DNA of 27,558 bases from an uncultured virus (IMG/VR IMGVR_UViG_3300028490_000394) (lineage: Duplodnaviria > Heunggongvirae > Uroviricota > Caudoviricetes). Positions 1 through 9,441 of the stretch are shown here, piece by piece (position 1 is the stretch's first letter; each line of letters starts with the position of its first letter). The stretch is from the IMG/VR virus record IMGVR_UViG_3300028490_000394; one strand, 5' to 3'. Position numbers and translations under genes: made by a program. The notes below the pieces were generated by a model. It was not told the DNA's origin. It did not search any database and saw nothing but the letters and a program-made list of their open reading frames with translations.

Positions 1-173
1 ATTGTCCATAATGAATCTTTTAAAAATTGATTTGTGATTTTTTCTGAGAGTGCTTTTAGTTTTCCACCAAAAGTTAATGTTTTGTCTAATTTTTTGTACT
101 TACGTTGCAAAAGGGTTTCTATTTCTTTTGCCTTTGTCATTATATCCGCTTGCTTCTGTTGTGCTAGTGCCAT
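1..173 (-). CDS. Hypothetical protein, N-terminal part (runs off the window)
   Basis: ATG at 173 with upstream AAAGGA RBS and GGTATAAT -10; frame open to the edge (MALAQQKQADIMTKAKEIETLLQ...). Confidence 0.75.
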   Translation of the reverse strand, partial: MALAQQKQADIMTKAKEIETLLQRKYKKLDKTLTFGGKLKALSEKITNQFLKDSLWT

Positions 174-239
174 GGTATTAATCCTTTTTCATAGATTATA
201 CCACTTTCTTTAATATTTTTTGTACTTCTGCTGCTGAGT

Positions 240-494
240 TTACTGTTCCACTTCGATATTGTATAGAAACTTATTTAGATCCGCATATAATGGTCTTTCT
301 TCACCGCTTACCATTTCCATATATTCTAAAACGTCCATTAATAAATTCCGTGCATACGTATCATAAGTGTTGGGTTCATTTTCACTTGTCATTTTACCTT
401 CAACATATGTTAACTTATTATACAGGTCCCTGTCGTCACCATTTGTCATTTCCATGAATCTTATTGATTCTTTAACTAATTCTAATAAATCCAT
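240..494 (-). CDS. Hypothetical protein with an internal ~30-aa duplication
   Basis: 84-aa ORF; FMEMTNGDDRDLYNKL vs YMEMVSGEERPLYADL; start lies next to the upstream stop. Confidence 0.8.
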   Translation of the reverse strand: MDLLELVKESIRFMEMTNGDDRDLYNKLTYVEGKMTSENEPNTYDTYARNLLMDVLEYMEMVSGEERPLYADLNKFLYNIEVEQ

Positions 495-496
495 AC

Positions 497-760
497 TTAT
501 ACCTTCCCTTCTTTTCTAAGTCTTTTTACTGCGCCTGGTTTAAGTAACTTATATTGCCTTAAAAGTTCCCTTTGAATAGTTGCGTCAGTTGCTGTTTCTT
601 TTAACGTTAAAAGAACTGCATTTGATTCGAATGCATATACTGATATTTTATTATCTTCAGCTGCACCAATTGACACATACGTATAGAAGTTACTTTTTTC
701 TACTTCAGTTGTTAAAATCTCTTGTGTTTTTCTGTTTTGAATTCCTATTTCTACTAGCAT
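497..760 (-). CDS. Hypothetical protein
   Basis: 87-aa ORF tightly packed in an operon. Confidence 0.75.
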   Translation of the reverse strand: MLVEIGIQNRKTQEILTTEVEKSNFYTYVSIGAAEDNKISVYAFESNAVLLTLKETATDATIQRELLRQYKLLKPGAVKRLRKEGKV

Positions 761-761
761 A

Positions 762-1274
762 TTAAATTCTTTCTATTGGAAAAATATATTTTTTATTTTT
801 TAGTTCTCTCACAACTCTTGTTTTTCCTCTTTTTGAAAATAGTTTTGTAAAGTACTTTAGCGAGTCTACTTCTGATTTATCTAAATCTTCTTCTTTTACT
901 GATACCCCTGTTACAGTTTGTACTTCACCAGGATCTGTAATCATATCTCTCATTAAATATAACCCAACTTCTTTTGCATTTTCTTCTATATTTTGAAATC
1001 TATTATCTTTCTCTATTAGACTAAATCTAGTATCTATCCCCTCGTTAAACACTTCTATATTCATTACTGAACTAATTGTTTTATCTTTTATATTATAAAT
1101 AAAAACCCTCTTTCTATTTGCTACTACTGGATCTTTACTTGTAACTGATTTTTTATTTATTTTTATTTTTGTTATCTTGCAAAAAAACTCTCCTAAAAAT
1201 ATAAATTGTTCTGCTATCGTTTCTGGATCAATTGTTGTGAATGTATCACCTGGTTTTACTATTAATTTTGGCAT
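762..1274 (-). CDS. Hypothetical protein, paralogue of 1368..1883
   Basis: AAGGA RBS; shares KPGDTF, FLG.FFC, F.NIEENA.E, VT.VSV.E.DL and YFT.L..K.GKT motifs. Confidence 0.85.
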   Translation of the reverse strand: MPKLIVKPGDTFTTIDPETIAEQFIFLGEFFCKITKIKINKKSVTSKDPVVANRKRVFIYNIKDKTISSVMNIEVFNEGIDTRFSLIEKDNRFQNIEENAKEVGLYLMRDMITDPGEVQTVTGVSVKEEDLDKSEVDSLKYFTKLFSKRGKTRVVRELKNKKYIFPIERI

Positions 1275-1332
1275 TTTATGTTCCTTTTGTTTATACCTGT
1301 ATTATAGCATTATTGAGCTGTTTATAACCTTA

Positions 1333-1348
1333 GGAGCAATGTTGCTCC
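1333..1348. terminator. Intergenic hairpin, possible terminator
   Basis: GGAGCAA-TG-TTGCTCC between the two paralogues. Confidence 0.4.
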
Positions 1349-1367
1349 AGGAAGACGTTTGAATGTC

Positions 1368-1883
1368 TTATGTTCTTACTAATGGGTAAGTACCTTTGTT
1401 TTCTTTTAGTTCTTTTAGGAATTTTGTTTTTCCTTTTTTGAGTAATAGTTCAGTGAAGTAGTTCATATTACTTACCTCTTTTTCTTTTAGATCGTCTTCA
1501 GTTACTGATACCGCTGTTACAGCTCTAGAAAACTGCTGTTTAATCAACATATCTCTAATGTGATCAAGTGCAATTTCTATCGCATTTTCTTCTATATTTG
1601 AAAACGCAGGATTATTTTCATTATATGCATATCCAAAGTCAAGTGCTGCTGCAAAGTCTTTGAAGCTACGATATGATTGAATGTATCCTTTTTTTACGTC
1701 ATAGTAAAATGTTAACTCTATAGTATAGTCAACTTCTTTTTTGACAGTTACTGATTTTATGTTTGCTCTTGCTTTTGCTATTCTACAAAAGAATGTTCCT
1801 AAGTAAATAACTTTTTGTGTTGGATCCTCTGTTACGAAGGTATCACCTGGTTTGATCTCTGTAAAATCTATATGTTTTAACAT
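1368..1883 (-). CDS. Hypothetical protein, paralogue of 762..1274
   Basis: AAGGA RBS; colinear similarity with 762..1274. Confidence 0.85.
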   Translation of the reverse strand: MLKHIDFTEIKPGDTFVTEDPTQKVIYLGTFFCRIAKARANIKSVTVKKEVDYTIELTFYYDVKKGYIQSYRSFKDFAAALDFGYAYNENNPAFSNIEENAIEIALDHIRDMLIKQQFSRAVTAVSVTEDDLKEKEVSNMNYFTELLLKKGKTKFLKELKENKGTYPLVRT

Positions 1884-2001
1884 AATTTTATCCTTTTAAA
1901 ATGGGTTTACAGTTAAATAATAACTGATTCTTTTGTTTTAAGAGTCAATCTTAAAGAATAACTGTTGTTTATTTGGCATAATAAAATAAAAAGGATTATA
2001 T

Positions 2002-3066
2002 ATGGATTTTATTGACAAGGTTAACGAACTTTCTATTCGTGCTAAAAAAATTATAAACTTAGAAAACTCACTTCAAACAGAAGAGGCTACAAAAAACGCA
2101 TTAGTCATGCCTTTTATTCAAACATTAGGATTTGATATTTTTGATCCTAGTGAAGTTATTCCTGAATATACAGCTGATCATGGTTTAAAGAAAGGTGAAA
2201 AAGTTGACTATGCTATAAAAAAAGATAATGAATTAATTATTATTATAGAGTGTAAAAAATTAGGAGCTAATCTTATTGAAAATAATACTGGTCAACTTTT
2301 CCGTTATTTTTCTGTTTCTAATTCTAGAGTTGGTATTCTTACTGACGGAATCTATTATTTATTTTTCTCTGATCTTGACAATCCAAATAAAATGGACGAA
2401 AAACCTTTTTTTAAATTTAATATAACTGAATTTACTGAAGAAGATATTCTGACATTAAAAAGATTTTCAAAAAATAAATTTGATACAAACAAAATAATCA
2501 GTTCTGCAAATAATTTAAAATATCATAATGAACTTTTATTTCTTATTCAATCAGAATTCTTAAATCCTAGTGAAGATTTTTTAAAATATTTTATTCGTAA
2601 AGTTTATGAGAGAAAGATCACAAGTTCTGTTCATGAAAAGTTATCTTCAATTACAAAACAAGCTATGAATGATTTTATTAATAAAAAGGTCGAAGAGAGG
2701 TTTAAAAATGCATTAGAAGTATCTCCTGTATCACTTCCCACAACAGATAGTGATTCTTTTGTTTCTGAAATCATTACCACTGAAGAAGAAGTTGAAGGGT
2801 TCCGTATTATTCAAGCAATTTGTTCTGAATTTGCTGAACCCTCTGATATAATCATGCGTGACGCCAAAAGTTACTGTGCCGTATTGTATAAAGACAATAA
2901 TCGAAAACCAATTGTACGTATGCATTTTAATGGGAAAGTTAATAAGATTACATTGTTTTCTTCTACTGAGGAAAAACTTGAATTAACAAAACTAAGTGAC
3001 ATTTTTTTATATAGAAGTAAGATTCTTCATACTCTTAATCAGTATATTGAGCTTGAGAACAAATAA
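2002..3066 (+). CDS. Type I restriction enzyme HsdR N-terminal-domain (PD-(D/E)xK) protein, COG4748-like
   Basis: TEEATKNALVMPFI..LG.DIF.P.EV.PE, GEKVDYAI, IIECK, QLFRYF, GILTDG, and C-terminal IITTEEE.EG / DNNRKPI.R motifs; no helicase, HsdM or HsdS in the window. Confidence 0.85.
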   Translation: MDFIDKVNELSIRAKKIINLENSLQTEEATKNALVMPFIQTLGFDIFDPSEVIPEYTADHGLKKGEKVDYAIKKDNELIIIIECKKLGANLIENNTGQLFRYFSVSNSRVGILTDGIYYLFFSDLDNPNKMDEKPFFKFNITEFTEEDILTLKRFSKNKFDTNKIISSANNLKYHNELLFLIQSEFLNPSEDFLKYFIRKVYERKITSSVHEKLSSITKQAMNDFINKKVEERFKNALEVSPVSLPTTDSDSFVSEIITTEEEVEGFRIIQAICSEFAEPSDIIMRDAKSYCAVLYKDNNRKPIVRMHFNGKVNKITLFSSTEEKLELTKLSDIFLYRSKILHTLNQYIELENK

Positions 3067-3114
3067 GCGCGCCTTAAGTTCTTCTTGATATACTATTCAA
3101 AAAAGGATCCCTTC

Positions 3115-3267
3115 ATGACTTTCCACGAACGTAAAGCTAAACGAACTAAATTACTTGGTAAAAAACTTAAAACCTGTCTTGCATGTAATGGCTCTGGATA
3201 TTATGATCACGACGGTAGTCCTAAGTGTTCTTCTTGTAATGGTACTGGTAAAATCCGAGAATCTTAA
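3115..3267 (+). CDS. Small DnaJ-type (CxxCxGxG) zinc-finger protein
   Basis: CLACNGSG...CSSCNGTG; start moved to ATG 3115 after AAGGA RBS. Confidence 0.8.
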   Translation: MTFHERKAKRTKLLGKKLKTCLACNGSGYYDHDGSPKCSSCNGTGKIRES

Positions 3268-3309
3268 CCTAAAACCATGTAAATACTTTCTTTAAATCCA
3301 TGTATATAT

Positions 3310-3813
3310 CTAGTTGTAGTCAAAGTCTAGGGCCCCTTCTTTTCTCCAATACTCTTCAAACTCTTCATATCCAGGCATTTCACTAAATGTTTCTGTCCAG
3401 GCTTTTACTTTTTGAAGCTTCTTTACGTAATCTTCCATTGACGTTACATTCAAGAAAAAACTCATTGACGCGTCGTCTATTGTTGACGCATAGAATCTTA
3501 GACTTAGTCCATTCTCATATCCAACTAAATATACACTAAAAGGTACACTTGGTTGATCATATGTAAACATTGAACCGGATCTTCTTATTCCGTATAACAT
3601 TGGTGCCAATGTAGGAATTGTTTTCACCTTACCTTTTCTATTGTCTTTTGAAAATACTGTATATGTCTTTTCGGCTTCGAATGTACAATTTACTAAGTCT
3701 TTTGTATACTCATTTGTATATTCACAGGCAGCGTATGCATTATCAACAGGTAAAAATGATTTCTTTAGTTGCTTCTTTGTTAAATAGTATGAAGCGTTTC
3801 TATAAACATACAT
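3310..3813 (-). CDS. Hypothetical protein
   Basis: 167-aa ORF with GAGG RBS, adjacent to 3815..4132. Confidence 0.75.
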   Translation of the reverse strand: MYVYRNASYYLTKKQLKKSFLPVDNAYAACEYTNEYTKDLVNCTFEAEKTYTVFSKDNRKGKVKTIPTLAPMLYGIRRSGSMFTYDQPSVPFSVYLVGYENGLSLRFYASTIDDASMSFFLNVTSMEDYVKKLQKVKAWTETFSEMPGYEEFEEYWRKEGALDFDYN

Positions 3814-3814
3814 G

Positions 3815-4132
3815 TTAACAGACCTCTAAGGTGTATATGACAGGGATATATTCAAATCTGATACTCTCTATCGTTATTGGTTCACAATCCTCTAGAGAAG
3901 GCATATAGCGCTCTAACATATTCATTATTCCACTGTCTTCTAGTATTTCTGATTTACTTAAACGTTTCGCTTTCTTTAACATTGCTTGATTGTTTTCTAT
4001 GAAAGAGTATGGGACCGTTGTTCTTTCTGTTTCTATGTCACCGTCGTTAAAGTCTGCTTCTATAATCAATATCACTTGTTCAACATTTTCTTCTGTTGTT
4101 GATATGTCATTCATTATTTCTTTTAAATCCAT
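3815..4132 (-). CDS. Acidic hypothetical protein
   Basis: 105-aa ORF, GAGG RBS, own promoter near 4190-4212. Confidence 0.8.
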   Translation of the reverse strand: MDLKEIMNDISTTEENVEQVILIIEADFNDGDIETERTTVPYSFIENNQAMLKKAKRLSKSEILEDSGIMNMLERYMPSLEDCEPITIESIRFEYIPVIYTLEVC

Positions 4133-4222
4133 TTAATCGCCTCATTATTTGAGCCGTTTAAACTAATAATCGGCTCATTATTTTAAATAGTATACTGTAT
4201 ATACACTTAGACTCCACTTATT

Positions 4223-4471
4223 TTAAACACTGAATAGTTTCACTCTCTCATGAATTCTTTTGATTACATGCTCTTCTTCTTTTGTACTTGGTTCTTTGTA
4301 TGTTAGTATCATATGAAAAGAATTATTTCCCATATCTTCCCCGGCTACTAATGTAATTTCCATTTCACGTCTTATAGCACTGCTACTCCACATTATTTGT
4401 TTTAGAACACTTGCTTTTGTAGCTGGTCTACCCATTATGCTTAATTTTAGTTCATGATTTTCTGTAATCAT
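4223..4471 (-). CDS. Hypothetical protein
   Basis: 82 aa; AAGGA RBS and TATAAT promoter. Confidence 0.75.
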   Translation of the reverse strand: MITENHELKLSIMGRPATKASVLKQIMWSSSAIRREMEITLVAGEDMGNNSFHMILTYKEPSTKEEEHVIKRIHERVKLFSV

Positions 4472-4621
4472 TTTAATCCTTTTACTTATAAGTGTATTAT
4501 ACTATATACAGGCTTATAGCCTACTGAACCCTGCCTTTTAAATATATGAGTTTTTATCATTGGAACTAAGTCGTATCTAAGCGCTTAAACAGTATAATAT
4601 TAATATACAAAAAGGATAAAA

Positions 4622-4873
4622 ATGAAACAAAGAAAAAATTATGTAATTCATAATAATAATAACAATTTGACTAGCTTTACTTTAGCTCAAGAAACTAATG
4701 GTGACTCAGATACTAACTATGAAATAGAAAATGTAACTGGTCAAGATATACAGGCAGAAGACCTTGATATTGTAAAAGAGATTGCTATTGATCTTTTCTC
4801 TTTTGGTAAAACAAGAGAATTTGATAGTATTAGAGGTAATACTCTTTATATTGAAGTAGTTAGCACTCTTTAG
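4622..4873 (+). CDS. Hypothetical protein
   Basis: 83 aa; AAGGA RBS, TAAG...GTATAAT promoter. Confidence 0.75.
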   Translation: MKQRKNYVIHNNNNNLTSFTLAQETNGDSDTNYEIENVTGQDIQAEDLDIVKEIAIDLFSFGKTREFDSIRGNTLYIEVVSTL

Positions 4874-4957
4874 TTAGTCGCTTAGTTTGATTTTCTGTCT
4901 AAGCTATCTATTAGTTTATTCCTGCTATAATTGTTTATATCGATTTAAGGAATACAA

Positions 4958-5953
4958 ATGAAACTTACTAATTCAAACAATAAAAGACATGTTCTTCAAG
5001 GACTTGTTAGTGTAGCCTCTATGCTTACTAAGCTCTATGGTTTTGAAACTATAGACAAGCCTAGTGAACACTTTTACTCTGTTGAACCTATCGCTTCTGT
5101 ACCGGGAATAACTAATGGTTCTATTATTGTTAATGATCGTTCTGGTAATTACCGTCTTACTGTACGGGCCCCTGGTAATGCATGGCTCGTTGCCGTTGAA
5201 TATGACGAAACTGGTACTTTTTCTGAAAGTCAAGTTTTTTATGAAGACGGTATTCTTCAGTTAACTAAGATTAAAGATCTCGTTGACTCTGAAATACTTA
5301 GACTTCTTATTATTGAAGCTAGTGAAAAAGTTCGTGCTAGTAAAACTCCACTTATGGACTTATCCGTTGAATCTTTTGAAAATGTTTTACTTACTGTTGG
5401 TGCTAAGCTTTCTGAAAAATATGATTATTCTATCCAAGAAAAACCTGACGACTTAATTTTCTATTCTGTTCAATCTTCTTCTCAAGGACGTGTTGTTATT
5501 TCTGACCGGGGTGAGTCTTATTTAATTCTCATTCAAACTCCTAATCTTGAGGCTGCATTTAACATATCTTTTTCTAAGTCTGGTAATTATCTAGATTCAG
5601 TTGCTTTCTCTGGAGAAGCAGCTCTTTTACTTGTTGAGGTTAAAGATCTTATCTCTTCTGAACTAAACAAACTTGTTAGTAATACTATCCGTGTACAATA
5701 CACTTCTATCTGGGAGGCCGGTACTGTTAATACCAATGCTAGTTTAAATCTTCTTACTGGTGAAGTTTTTGATATTGAAAGTACTGATTGTTGCGATTGT
5801 GGTAATATGCTTGAATCTGAAGAGATCTATATTAAAGAGGCTGATATATCTTTAGACGTTCTACCTGATTTCAATGGCTTTGAATATGCTATTAATATTG
5901 ACGATTACGACGAAGAAACTAATATCGCTTATAAAAAATTGTTGGAGGCATAA
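4958..5953 (+). CDS. Hypothetical protein: two copies of a ~110-aa domain plus an acidic C-terminal domain
   Basis: GSIIVNDRSGNYRL...Y..TGTF..S vs GRVVISDRGESYLI...F..SGNYLDS; both copies end KDL..SE. Confidence 0.85.
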   Translation: MKLTNSNNKRHVLQGLVSVASMLTKLYGFETIDKPSEHFYSVEPIASVPGITNGSIIVNDRSGNYRLTVRAPGNAWLVAVEYDETGTFSESQVFYEDGILQLTKIKDLVDSEILRLLIIEASEKVRASKTPLMDLSVESFENVLLTVGAKLSEKYDYSIQEKPDDLIFYSVQSSSQGRVVISDRGESYLILIQTPNLEAAFNISFSKSGNYLDSVAFSGEAALLLVEVKDLISSELNKLVSNTIRVQYTSIWEAGTVNTNASLNLLTGEVFDIESTDCCDCGNMLESEEIYIKEADISLDVLPDFNGFEYAINIDDYDEETNIAYKKLLEA

Positions 5954-5954
5954 T

Positions 5955-6338
5955 ATGACACCTAAACATACTGAAAAAACACTTATTGAACTCGCTAAAG
6001 GATTTTCACTTAAAAACAACTGTTTAGCAATTGACGTTGAACCTTTTCCTGCTCTTCTTTTTAAATCTATACAGGCTCAAAGTATTAGTATTAATCAAGC
6101 TGTAGACTCTATTGAGGTTACTTATTATATTGACAGTTTCTTTATCTCTATTTCTGGTAGAAACCTTGTTTGGTCTCTTACTATTAAGTACTCTGTCCAT
6201 GGTCAATATTTAGATTCAACGGAACAAGGTAATAGCTATTTTTATGCACAGGAGCTTAAAGGTATTATTCTAGAAAAAATGCTTGCTGCCTGTAAAGTTC
6301 AAAATGATATTTTAAAGGAAAAACGTTTACATGCCTAA
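5955..6338 (+). CDS. Hypothetical protein, same ~110-aa domain family
   Basis: Start moved to ATG 5955 after GGAGG; W.L.IKYS..GQYLDS motif. Confidence 0.8.
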   Translation: MTPKHTEKTLIELAKGFSLKNNCLAIDVEPFPALLFKSIQAQSISINQAVDSIEVTYYIDSFFISISGRNLVWSLTIKYSVHGQYLDSTEQGNSYFYAQELKGIILEKMLAACKVQNDILKEKRLHA

Positions 6339-6687
6339 ATTTGAAATTAAAGAACTCCAGGTTGGTTTTGAAGAAGTTGCTGTTGACATTGCTTATCAGC
6401 TCAATTATACTCAAAAACCTAGATCTGAGATTGCATATAAACATGTCCTTTTTTCTTTTTTTGAAAAAGGTAACCATGGTGGTGAACTTAATGTTCGTCA
6501 TATTGGTAAAGGCATTAGCTTTGAAGTAAGAGGTCCTTCTAATACTTGGTACGCTTACTTTGAATATAGTTACTCTGGAGAATTCATTCGTGCTACAGTT
6601 GATAAGAATGACGGTTTTCCTTGTTTTATCAAAATTAGAGAGGCTCTTGAAAAAGAAATGGATCTACTTATTACAAAAGGACAATAA
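6331..6687 (+). CDS. Hypothetical protein, same domain family
   Basis: VRHIG...FEV...W...EYSYSGEFI...EM.LL. Confidence 0.8.
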   Translation: MPKFEIKELQVGFEEVAVDIAYQLNYTQKPRSEIAYKHVLFSFFEKGNHGGELNVRHIGKGISFEVRGPSNTWYAYFEYSYSGEFIRATVDKNDGFPCFIKIREALEKEMDLLITKGQ

Positions 6688-6688
6688 T

Positions 6689-7048
6689 ATGGCTACTTTT
6701 ACTAAAAAACAAATAAAAAAAAGATTTAAAGAGGTTGCGGCATTTTTTGCTGCTCAAAAGGACCTTTCTAAGTTAGATAAAAAATATATTACAGAGGAAG
6801 GTGTCTTATTAAAATATGTCGATCAAAATGGTAATGCCAGTATTGTTGTTCGTCATATTGATAGTAATATTGTTTTTAAAATTGAAGTGCACTCTACTTC
6901 TAGTTTTTGGTCTGTTTTAATTGAATATAATCTTTCTACTGAATTTGTATCTTCTACTATTTATGGTGAAGAAGGCGCGGAAGAATTTCCAGAAATTAAA
7001 GAGTTGCTTGATAATGAAATGACTCTTTTGAGAAAAGGGATCGTCTAA
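6689..7048 (+). CDS. Hypothetical protein, same domain family
   Basis: Start moved to ATG 6689 after AAGGA; VRHID...IEV...W..LIEY...EFV...EMTLL. Confidence 0.8.
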   Translation: MATFTKKQIKKRFKEVAAFFAAQKDLSKLDKKYITEEGVLLKYVDQNGNASIVVRHIDSNIVFKIEVHSTSSFWSVLIEYNLSTEFVSSTIYGEEGAEEFPEIKELLDNEMTLLRKGIV

Positions 7049-7386
7049 TGAAAGATCGTCCTTTAACTAAAAAGAAGGTTAAGAAGTCTCTTAAGGCTGC
7101 AGCTGCTCTTATTGCTAGTGCTCTTGATTTTCATAAAATACCTAAAACTGACGAATCTCTTACTATCTCTATTTATTGTCAAGCTAATTGGAGCGGTATG
7201 GTCTCTGTTTTTAAAGCTGAAAAAGCTTTTTCCATTGCAATTAGTCAACCGCAGTTTCATGACGTAACTCTTACATATGATTATAATGGTGTTTTTGTTA
7301 ATGCTGAGGTGTCTGGTCCAGAGGGAATTGAGCTTTTGAATATTTTTAGTGAGATCGTTGAAACTCAAATAGATAATTTTAGATAG
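7048..7386 (+). CDS. Hypothetical protein, same domain family (diverged)
   Basis: TAATG stop-start overlap; YDYNGVFVNAEV.G.EG motif. Confidence 0.75.
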   Translation: MKDRPLTKKKVKKSLKAAAALIASALDFHKIPKTDESLTISIYCQANWSGMVSVFKAEKAFSIAISQPQFHDVTLTYDYNGVFVNAEVSGPEGIELLNIFSEIVETQIDNFR

Positions 7387-7394
7387 GGTCTGCT

Positions 7395-7883
7395 GTGTTT
7401 TATTCCTTTCCTCTTTTAAAACTATACCTTTCACCTATTATTACGCAAAGTATTGAGTATTTTCCCTTTATTACTCGTGCTCATGATCCTGAACTTATTG
7501 AGGCTTTTCACTTTAGATTACTACTATCTATTTTTACTTCTCTGGTCTTTATTTCTTTTTTAAACTCTTTATTTTTAAGTTCAAACTTTATTAACGTCAC
7601 TCTGTTGTTACTATCTATTATCTTTTTTACTTCATTACTGGCATATCTTTTTCAAAATAAAAGTATTTTTCGAGTTCTTGATTTTGTTGGTTTTAAGATT
7701 ATTAGTAAGAAGGTAAATAGGTTGTTCTCTGTAGATATTAATGATCCACTTTTTAAGTCTTTTGTTAAAGCACGCTATACACAAATTAAGAATCAGAACT
7801 TATCTCATGCAGAGACTGTTGAGGTTTTAAATAATTGGTCTGGATTTGATATTAATGATTTTTATTTTAAGAAGGAACACTAG
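7395..7883 (+). CDS. Membrane protein (two TM segments), start uncertain
   Basis: Two hydrophobic stretches; weak start context. Confidence 0.6.
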   Translation: MFYSFPLLKLYLSPIITQSIEYFPFITRAHDPELIEAFHFRLLLSIFTSLVFISFLNSLFLSSNFINVTLLLLSIIFFTSLLAYLFQNKSIFRVLDFVGFKIISKKVNRLFSVDINDPLFKSFVKARYTQIKNQNLSHAETVEVLNNWSGFDINDFYFKKEH

Positions 7884-8056
7884 GTCGGTCACTCTCCGAC
7901 ATTCTACGCTCACGTCAATTAGACTGCTATTACGTAGTACTGTTATGTTATATGACTAGTGCTTACAGCGGCGACCTTAGGTCAATACTTATATTCAACT
8001 TCTACGACACGTTGGAACCAATATCCACACTCGAAGTCTTTTTACCTCTGCATAAG
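7884..8056 (-). ncRNA. Candidate orphan small RNA
   Basis: Minus-strand promoter TTAAG...GCTATAAT (8058-8080) followed by a GC-elevated stretch with no ORF in the track, several stems and a terminal GTCGG/CCGAC hairpin. Confidence 0.45.
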
Positions 8057-8080
8057 TATTATAGCTTAAGCAACCTTAAA

Positions 8081-8311
8081 CTATGCTGCTTTTGATAACT
8101 CTGCTAGCTCGAAAGTGTCTGAGTTAATTGCCTCGTCTTCCATGATCTCTTTTGCCAGGCAATAGAATTCTGTTTTGTTATATGCAATTCTCAAATCTTC
8201 TTCTCCATTTTTGAAAAATACTACTGGGAATCCAATTTCATTTACTGCTGTTAGTGCAGCGTCTACATTTTCTACTTTTATTTTTACTACACTTTCTACT
8301 ATTTCTTGCAT
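8081..8311 (-). CDS. Hypothetical protein
   Basis: 76 aa; AAGGA RBS. Confidence 0.75.
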   Translation of the reverse strand: MQEIVESVVKIKVENVDAALTAVNEIGFPVVFFKNGEEDLRIAYNKTEFYCLAKEIMEDEAINSDTFELAELSKAA

Positions 8312-8460
8312 GTTTTTTCCTTTTGTTTTTGTTATTATATCATAACTATCTATTTAACTCAAATTTCACCTTGATTTAAGCTTCTTCACGATATAGTAAT
8401 GAATCTAAAACATAGTAAATTTTAGGATCTAAACAATAGTAAACACAAAGGAACTATTTT

Positions 8461-9063
8461 ATGAAAAAAATGAAAGTATATCTTGCAGGTCCAGAGGTCT
8501 TTGATACTAAGGCTAAAAAAATTGGTAAAGTACTTGTTAAAGCTTGTAAAAAGAAAGGTCTCCGTGGTTTATATCCTCTCGATAATAAAATTACGGGTTG
8601 TACTTCTAAAGCTGAACTCTCCCGGGCTATCTATCTTGCTAACAAGAAAATGATTGACGACGCTGACTATGTTATTGCTAACATTAACCAATGGAGAGGT
8701 CAAGAACCTGATTCCGGCACTGTTTGGGAGATTGGGTATGCTGTTGCATTAGGAAAGCCTGTTTATGCTTATATTGACGATCCTAAGAAATCTTATCTTG
8801 ATAGAATGGATAGCAATGACGTGTTTTACTCTGATCATAGAAATCCTGACGAATACTTAGACTCTAATGATAAAATCATTGAACACTTTGATAACCCTGT
8901 CAATCTTATGATCTTTGAATCTATCACTATCCTTGGCTCTTTTGAAGCGTGTCTTCATGAAATTGCTAAGCGTGCCAAAAATCCTAGAAAAGAACTCCTT
9001 AAACATATCCTAGAAAATGAAAAGAATTTCTCTATAATGAAAAGGAATTCTCATAATGTTTGA
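8461..9063 (+). CDS. Nucleoside 2-deoxyribosyltransferase family protein
   Basis: KVYLAGP, LYPLD, IY.AN..MI..AD.VIAN, DSGTVWEIGYA.ALGKPV with catalytic Glu, NLMI. Confidence 0.9.
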   Translation: MKKMKVYLAGPEVFDTKAKKIGKVLVKACKKKGLRGLYPLDNKITGCTSKAELSRAIYLANKKMIDDADYVIANINQWRGQEPDSGTVWEIGYAVALGKPVYAYIDDPKKSYLDRMDSNDVFYSDHRNPDEYLDSNDKIIEHFDNPVNLMIFESITILGSFEACLHEIAKRAKNPRKELLKHILENEKNFSIMKRNSHNV

Positions 9064-9157
9064 TCCTACATATAAAAAAACACTTATTTTCTCTTTTTTA
9101 GTCACCTCTTTAGCTACAGGTGCTACTATTTACTCTTCTTTCAACTTTTTGTTTTAA
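9056..9157 (+). CDS. 33-aa single-TM peptide (below the ORF-track cutoff)
   Basis: AAAGGA RBS, overlaps the NDT stop; MFDPTYKKTLIFSFLVTSLATGATIYSSFNFLF. Confidence 0.55.
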   Translation: MFDPTYKKTLIFSFLVTSLATGATIYSSFNFLF

Positions 9158-9221
9158 ATAGCGGTTGCTTCTTTGTTTTTATTAAGGTATAATCTTTTAT
9201 CTTAATAAAAAAGGATCCCTT

Positions 9222-9431
9222 ATGGATTTTAAAAATGGTTTATGGTTTGTATTTACTTCATTCTTTATTGTTGCACTTTTAGCAGTCTTTGCTATTCCTG
9301 GTGCTGAAAAAATTGCTGTGGATAAGCATGTTGTTGCAGGTGTTACTTATAACTGTCCGGTTAAATCTACTTTTAATGAACAGAATCTTACTTGTACTCA
9401 AGTGTACAATGCTATCAAGGTTAACGACTAG
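9222..9431 (+). CDS. Small membrane-anchored or secreted protein
   Basis: N-terminal hydrophobic helix, two Cys; RBS and promoter present. Confidence 0.75.
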   Translation: MDFKNGLWFVFTSFFIVALLAVFAIPGAEKIAVDKHVVAGVTYNCPVKSTFNEQNLTCTQVYNAIKVND

Positions 9432-9441
9432 TCCTTTTGGA

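Noticed and set aside
8393..8444. Short repeats (ATCTAAA..ATAGTAAA twice) upstream of the NDT gene
   Set aside because: Too short and AT-rich to distinguish from chance or a simple local duplication.
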